64,000 nt of DNA from Eledone cirrhosa. Its lineage: Eukaryota. Both the position numbers and the translations under genes were made by a program. Of this stretch, positions 56,631 to 64,000 are shown piece by piece. The stretch spans positions 86,738,001 to 86,802,000 of the forward strand of contig OZ024747.1 of NCBI GenBank assembly GCA_964016885.1, given 5' to 3'. Position 1 is the first letter of the stretch, and each line of letters begins with the position of its first letter. The notes under the pieces were generated by a model. It saw only the letters and a list, made by a program, of their open reading frames with translations. It ran no database searches and was not told the DNA's origin.

Positions 56631-57481
56631 ATATTCTATATTGATTAGGTACCTAAGAGAAATAGTTATACATATGCAAATTCACACACGCATACACGTA
56701 CACATACACACAGATACATACAAACATGCATAAACTCATATAATCACGCACGGAAACACATACTCACTGAAGTGTACACATCATAGGTGGCACACATACA
56801 TAAAGAATTCATTCACCATCACAATCGAAACATTTACCCAAAGTTGAGTTATGTTTGCATATTCTATCATTTCTATATTTTTAACATTAGCATTTGTTCT
56901 GTTGAAATCAAATCAATTCTAAATCGTTTTCCATGAAATATTTGTTAAACCAAGCATGTCTTCTTTTCGCATTTCAGTAACCATGTATCTTATCATGTAT
57001 GTCGATTTTCGTCCGCAGAACCACAACTCTTCCTATCTAAGAATTTTACCGTCACTACCTTATGGTTAACGACTAAAATTCCACAGAACATTAACTGTGC
57101 TTAGCTCATTTAATTAACTTCTACTATGCAGGGACTTACAGAAATGCAATTGAGACTTGCTTTCCTTAGATGTTTTCCCAATACGTTATACGGTGTCATT
57201 TGCCTTAGTTACATCAACTTTCTGTTATTTTCTATACATACCATCATTGTAATTTTGTGTTCCTGCGTTGTTTACATCGTTTCCCAGCCACTATTTTCTA
57301 TATTTACTGACATCCTGATTTAAGGCCCATGATTTTCATGTCAAAATAGCAATGAACTATCACGAGGCACCTGAAGAAATTAATCAATTATTTCTGTTAG
57401 TTGGTTCATCAAAGTGTCTCCCATGCTTGTTTCTCTTTTCTCGTCATATATATATATGACTATATATATGACTATATATAT

Positions 57482-57554
<73 letters not shown>

Positions 57555-57560
<6 letters not shown>

Positions 57561-58392
57561 TAACAGATTCAAGTTTAAGCAAAGAAACGCTGCTTTCACT
57601 CTTAACGGGATCTTCTGAGACTAAAAAAACATCAATCTGTGAACGCAGAAGTAAATATTTCAAAAAACGTTGCAACCGAAGGAAAACAGCAAGACGATAC
57701 TTTGGTTCGTGGAGACGTTCCCTGGCAATGAACGGAAAAAAAGCGAAGATAATACGTCGTTATGTGGAGCGGTAAGAACAATTACACGCAAAGACAAAAC
57801 CACGTTTATGGTATAAATGAAGTCGTAGACCAAAATTCTATTTAGGAAACCGAATGATTCTCGGCTTCAGAGTTAAGAATAATGTAAATAAATTACAGAG
57901 GTTATTGAAATCAACAATAATTAAATATATACATGCACGCATCCATATACGTACAATCCGCATACACACACAAACGCAAAATACACGTATACACATAACC
58001 ATATACACATGTACCACTATATATAATATAATATATACACCTATAACAAATACAAGCAACTATACGTACGAGAAAGTATATGTACCTTCACAAAACATAC
58101 AGGTAAAAAATATACTTACCTATACAAATAAGTAATGGAATAAACATAAAATATACTTAGCTACCACATAAAGACGTAAATTATCCGCGTATTGTTAGTA
58201 CTATCCGTTAGGGTATAACGTGGGGCTGTAATACAGGAAAGTGTTATGCAATTTATGTTTACAAGCCGAAATTGCCTCAGACATTTTGTTTAAGATGTGG
58301 TCATTGGCATAGAGTATTTCCAGGGCTTCAGCGGCGCAGAGATCGCATGGCCTTTTATTTCCGTTATATGATCTGGCCTTAGCTAGGATCTC

Positions 58393-58397
<5 letters not shown>
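57555..58397 (-). mobile_element. 5'-truncated Penelope-like element (GIY-YIG C-terminus, 3' UTR, hammerhead-like pseudo-LTR), flanked by (TA)n
   Basis: 58395-58201 translates as WEILAKARSYNGNKRPCDLCAAEALEILYANDHILNKMSEAISACKHK...G*. A CAGAAGA hammerhead-like motif lies at 57572-57622 on the same strand. Confidence 0.85.
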
Positions 58398-58440
<43 letters not shown>

Positions 58441-58772
58441 AACAATGAAGTAGAAGTCAATATGTTAGAATCTACCTAATTTATTTGTTACAAATTAGCT
58501 TTTATACGTATTTCGATGGTAACTATTATGTAACAGGGATTTAGGAGAGCAACATCAATAACCCACTCGTGGCATAACACTGAATGAAAACAACATGACC
58601 AATTTTAATTGCTATTTTTGTTCATGTAAATTTTATTTATCTAAGTTTCTGTAATAGCTGTATGATAATTTCTTAAATGTTACATAGGATTTACCATCGA
58701 AATACGTATAACAGTTATTGTGTAAGAAATAAATGATGTAAATTCTAATCTATTGACTTCTTTTTCATTGTT
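58441..58772. repeat. Old fold-back element with a hammerhead-like relic at 58653-58719
   Basis: Arms aacaatgaa...atacgtatttcgatggtaa / ttaccatcgaaatacgtat...ttcattgtt. Relic reads AAUAGCUGU AUGAUAA ... GAAA UACGUA UA ACAGUUAUU. Confidence 0.65.
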
Positions 58773-60719
58773 ATACCAAAGTCCTACATGCATACTTCGT
58801 TGAATGCTCTATCCCTCGTACTCTAGTGTCGGTTGATTAAATAACATAAAATGGCTCGATAGGTTCAGACCGCCATGAACATTTTCTTTGTATACGGTCA
58901 TCATTTGTCGTCATACCATAATAGTTTATCACAAACTATATATTACGATATATATTGATTTATATACATGATATGAAAATTATGAAGAATTGTCTAGCTT
59001 TGAGCTGAAACTCAGGATCTTCCAATAGCTACATAGTTCTCAGTTTGGTCAGTTGCATTTACATACTATAGAAATGTATGTATTGTATGCAGCTTTGCAT
59101 TCGTCATCATATATTTCGAATCTTAACTCAAAGAGCTCCTAAATCTATACACGCATCCAACTACACCTAGCGCTTCTATCAAAAGACAAAAAAAGACGAG
59201 CCATCTCGGAAAATTCGAAAATAAAAAGGAAAAAAATAGACATTAAAATCAAAACATATTAACTAAATGTGTATGCTGTAAAATTGCATATTTAACATAA
59301 CAATTACGATATGCAATATCACTTAAAATTATAGTGACGAAATCACTGCATCATACATTAATAAAGATCCTGAAGTTTATAAATGCACCCAGCTAAACTA
59401 TGATGTATGCTGATACATATGTACATATCAGTGCATGTGTGTCCTTTTTTGTTGTGAATTTACAGATAACACAATTAAAATGTCACGATAAAACTTCCAA
59501 TGATGTTCTAGAGGAGAATAGACAGTTTGAAGAAAATTAAATTGCAGCATACAAAATATTTTGTGATATTAATGTCTATTTTTTCTATTTTTCTTTTCGA
59601 TTTACTTCCTTTTCATTATACATTGTGTGAACATCCTTTAACATTCCACTTGTAATTTAAAATGTTTTGCTGTTTACTCAATAGATGAAAGTTCAACAAT
59701 GATAACAAACATGGTAAAGTTTATTATATTTACTTCGATATTTCTTTTCATTTATCGTTGTTGTTTTTATTATAGTTAGATATAACACAGATATCTGATA
59801 TTTTTCATAAAAATATGTTTCGATAAAGCCATGGACGCAGTATGGTTGAATAATTCAGATATTCACTTTATAATTTGGGTTAACGGAATTTGATTGGAGG
59901 TCCGGCGGATGGACTGTGCCACAAATTCAAAAAGCCAGCCCTTCGCTCAATGTGTCAGATTCAATTTGCCCGAGAATGACATAAAGGTTACAAGTATTTG
60001 AGGAATGCTTAGCCACGTGATCCTTCTAGCTATTCGTGATTTAAAGTAAGCTATAGTCCTTGGGTACGAATGTACTTAAATATTAATTCATATGCATGCA
60101 GAAATTACGGGGTTCATTTATGTATAATAAAAGTATGCAAACATAATGTGTTTGGAGGTGTAAAAAATATATAAATTGATATTGGCTTATATTTGGAGAT
60201 CTATAGACACTGTCTAAACATCTTTATATATATTTTAACTAGATATCAATTATAACTAGTGTATTGTAGTTATGGGTTTCCTCCTGGCAACCAATATTTT
60301 TACTATAAGATATACACAAATTCACTACTACCACACTACAATAAACCATTCTGCCACCATTCTGCCACAAATTACTTTAAGATCTATTCTGCTTATGTTT
60401 TAATTTGACATCATATTTAATTAATAAAGAATTTCTCTCTGAATTCTTTACCAAACGTCCTCCACCCTGCTGAAAAAAAATATACTAGAGCAACGGCTAA
60501 TTGATATTCTTCGTTCAAGGGTGACTTTTATATTTTGATTTTGATACCGAGATTGTCAATTCCAATTTATCAGTAGATTGGTTTAGCAAATCACGGCAAC
60601 GTCAACTCGGCTATGGTTGACCTAAACAGGACGAGGTGAACCATTGGATCAGATTAACGGTGGAACCAGGTTACCTCTGAACGACAATGAATGAATTGAA
60701 TGTATGCATATATATATAC

Positions 60720-60797
<78 letters not shown>

Positions 60798-61053
60798 AAG
60801 GTATATCTTGAATTAGGAACTCAAAATAGTCTCTTACAACAAAATAGCTCTAAGAAAGAGATATTTCTGAGCCGTGTATTATAATAGAATATAAAAGAAA
60901 AACGAACACAGACATAGAGATATGTGTTCAAATCGTAAGGGACCTGATTCGCTAAGGTGAAAAGAATACTAACTATAGACAATTGGCTTCGCTTGTCTCA
61001 ATTTAAGAAAAAAATAAGAAAATAAATACAAACCGGAATTGTGGTAACTACCA

Positions 61054-61128
61054 ATCACCCAGACAACTTGTTGTTTCGCAAAGTTAATTGTGAATAGAAA
61101 TACCAATCCAAGCTCATCAGTGGGTGAT
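61054..61128 (-). ncRNA. Canonical type I hammerhead ribozyme
   Basis: AUCACCCA CUGAUGA GC...GC GAAA CAAC-AA-GUUG UC UGGGUGAU (8 bp stem I, GUC site). Confidence 0.85.
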
Positions 61129-61407
61129 GAATTAGTATCCTAGACACATCTAAGTATGTTATATATAAAATATATAAAATAGCGCACAGGGCATCCTAGC
61201 TTCTCACAAACCCACACCACTAAAAATAGCAGCCAGGTTTACTCGACATTTGAAATAGCTCAACAAATTAACGGAGCCGAATATATCAAAATATACCTTT
61301 GAGATATTCGGCCATTTCTATATTAAATATTTATGCTCTGCTATGTATTGAGTACCTTACCCCCGATTGAACCCTAGCACTTACTCTTAACCATTACCAA
61401 GAAACCA

Positions 61408-61580
61408 TGCTGACCAAACTCGACCTCGATATCTCCTTGAAGAACATCCCGATCCCTTCAAGGAAACAATACTTAAAAACACTCATAAGACGTACAGACG
61501 AGTTCATTAAGCGTATTAGATAGAGAGCCTTCTTCTTCGACCACCCTGATGTAGCATCTACCAATGATGAGAAGTTCGGT
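61408..61580 (+). pseudogene. N-terminal fragment of a Penelope-like ORF
   Basis: SLKNIPIPSRKQYLKTLIRRTDEFIKRIR*RAFFF, ending at a (TA)n tract. Confidence 0.7.
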
Positions 61581-61831
61581 ATATATATATGATAGACTAT
61601 ATATATATTTATATCTGGATTTTTAGCCGTTGGTCAATCAATGATAAACATTGATTGCCAAATGAATTAACTATGGAGATATAAAAGATACAGAAGCGAA
61701 AACCAACCAAACAGTGAGTGTGTTCTGTTATTATTTCTGGCAATATTATTACAACAATATGACTCTCCCCAAGTATAACAATATATATATATATGTATAT
61801 GTATATTTATATTTGTGTGTGTGTGTGTGTG

Positions 61832-61896
<65 letters not shown>

Positions 61897-62016
61897 GTAA
61901 TCTGAGAATTTCGAATATTAATAATAATATTCGATTCGTTGCAATTATGTATATATCTCTCTCTATATATATATGCGCGCGCGTATGTGTGTGTGTGTGT
62001 GTCTGTGTGTGTGCGT

Positions 62017-62155
<139 letters not shown>

Positions 62156-63124
62156 TGTATGTATGTAGATGTCTACAGCATACGAAGAAAAGAAAATTCT
62201 AAGTTCATAATCATCTCGTCATAAAATATCCTGTATCAAATTGATAGAAAATAATAATAAATCTCAATTTTTCAAAGAATGTCTTATGCTAAACTGTGTC
62301 TCAACATTTTGTGCCAAACAACATCGCAGAAAATTTAATCATCATTTTCAACGTTGTGCCGACGATTCCACATGCTTGGTTAATCAAATATACGTCAAAA
62401 TACTCTAGGGATAGAACACCTAGAGCAATATTGATTTCAGAGACATGAAACGATAACAATCAATCAAAATGAACCATCAATATGTTAATATATAATTCTA
62501 TATGATAAAAAAGTGTTGTTCTATTAAGAACTCATTTCCTTCAAAATAAGGAATGCAAATGAAAATTCCCCCACTGATATATATCTAGATTTATTTCAGT
62601 GAATATATATTACAGTGAATATGTTAGCGGAATACTATATATTTACCAAGTCATATAGCGTTTTTATTTTAGCTTAGTGTGCTATTTCCAAATGGATAAT
62701 TTGAAACAATAAACGACATAGCTACAATTACAGATATGAGCATGCGTCCATTTCACGCAACCCTCTCTCTTTCTCTCTTTCTCCCCCCCCCTCTCTCTCT
62801 CTAAGTATATATATATATATATATATTTCTTTATTAGCCACAGGGGCACAAAAGAAGGGGACAAATACATATATATATAGTTATGTAATAAACAACATAA
62901 GGCAATTATTCAATTTACCAGTGGTTTCTTAAAAGCAAAAGATTTTGCTTTCAATCCTCAGAATGAAAAAATCCTGGTCTGTTTATTGAATTTGGATTTT
63001 AAAAACAAAAATGCAATCTATATGAAAGTGAGGCTGGAGAAGGGAGAAGGAAAGGAAAAATAAAATAAAACTACACATGCAAACACCCCCCCCCCCCGGC
63101 ACACTCACACACAAAAGCATACAT

Positions 63125-63213
<89 letters not shown>

Positions 63214-63440
63214 CATATATACATATACATACACTCATACATACATACACACACATATATACACACATATATATATGTATATAAATACACACAAATACAT
63301 ACATATACACATATATACATACGCACATAAATATCAACACATCCATACATACATATATACAACCACACACACATATATACACACATACATACACATAGAA
63401 ACATAAATATAAATACATATACATACACACATATACATAC

Positions 63441-63474
<34 letters not shown>

Positions 63475-63827
63475 ATATGTGTGTACAAGCATACACATAC
63501 ACAAACATAGCCATACACACATACATATACATACATACATACATACATGCACACAATCATACATATATACACACGTACATACACATACATAAATGCACTC
63601 CTCTACATATTCACACACGCAAATAAATATAATAAAAAATAAGATATTTTTTTCATTCTGAAGATTGAAGGAAAAATATTTTGCTTTTAAGAAACTACTG
63701 GTGGATGGAATAATTGCTTTATGTTGCTTATTACTTTATTACCTTACTACTATATATTGGTAAGGTTCATATGAATTATCTAAGACTGAGTTTTACACAC
63801 ACACACATGTATATGTGTATGTATGTG

Positions 63828-63908
<81 letters not shown>

Positions 63909-64000
63909 GTGTGTTTGTATTTGGTTGTGCGTGTTTATGATATGTACGTATTTGTATGTGTATAATTGTATAGCTATGTATGTATATGTGTGTGTGTATG

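Overview
AT-rich, microsatellite-saturated animal nuclear DNA, most likely from an octopod cephalopod (inferred from the SINE families and the Octopus-type mitochondrial gene order of a NUMT). No host protein-coding exon could be identified, and most short ORFs are translated (TA)n/(TG)n/(GA)n tracts. The window contains: a degenerate R4/Dong-type RLE non-LTR retrotransposon (1-3.6 kb); several Penelope-like elements (PLEs, RT plus GIY-YIG), two of them embedded in 1.7-2.1 kb inverted repeats; a Dong-like RLE fragment inserted in frame into the poly-Asn linker of one PLE; a permuted ~3.1 kb NUMT (rrnL, L1, L2, nad1', control region, E, G, Q, W, Y, C, M, rrnS, V, rrnL'); many tRNA-derived SINEs; a TA-flanked MITE; and a mariner relic. 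The most notable signal is a dense set of at least seven sequence-unrelated families of type I hammerhead ribozyme motifs. They sit in small, usually (TA)n-flanked tandem or fold-back elements (PLE pseudo-LTR or retrozyme-like), and several have non-canonical cores (UUGAUAA, CAGAAGA, CCGAAGA, UCGACGA). Structures were read by eye, and repeat coordinates are approximate to a few bases.
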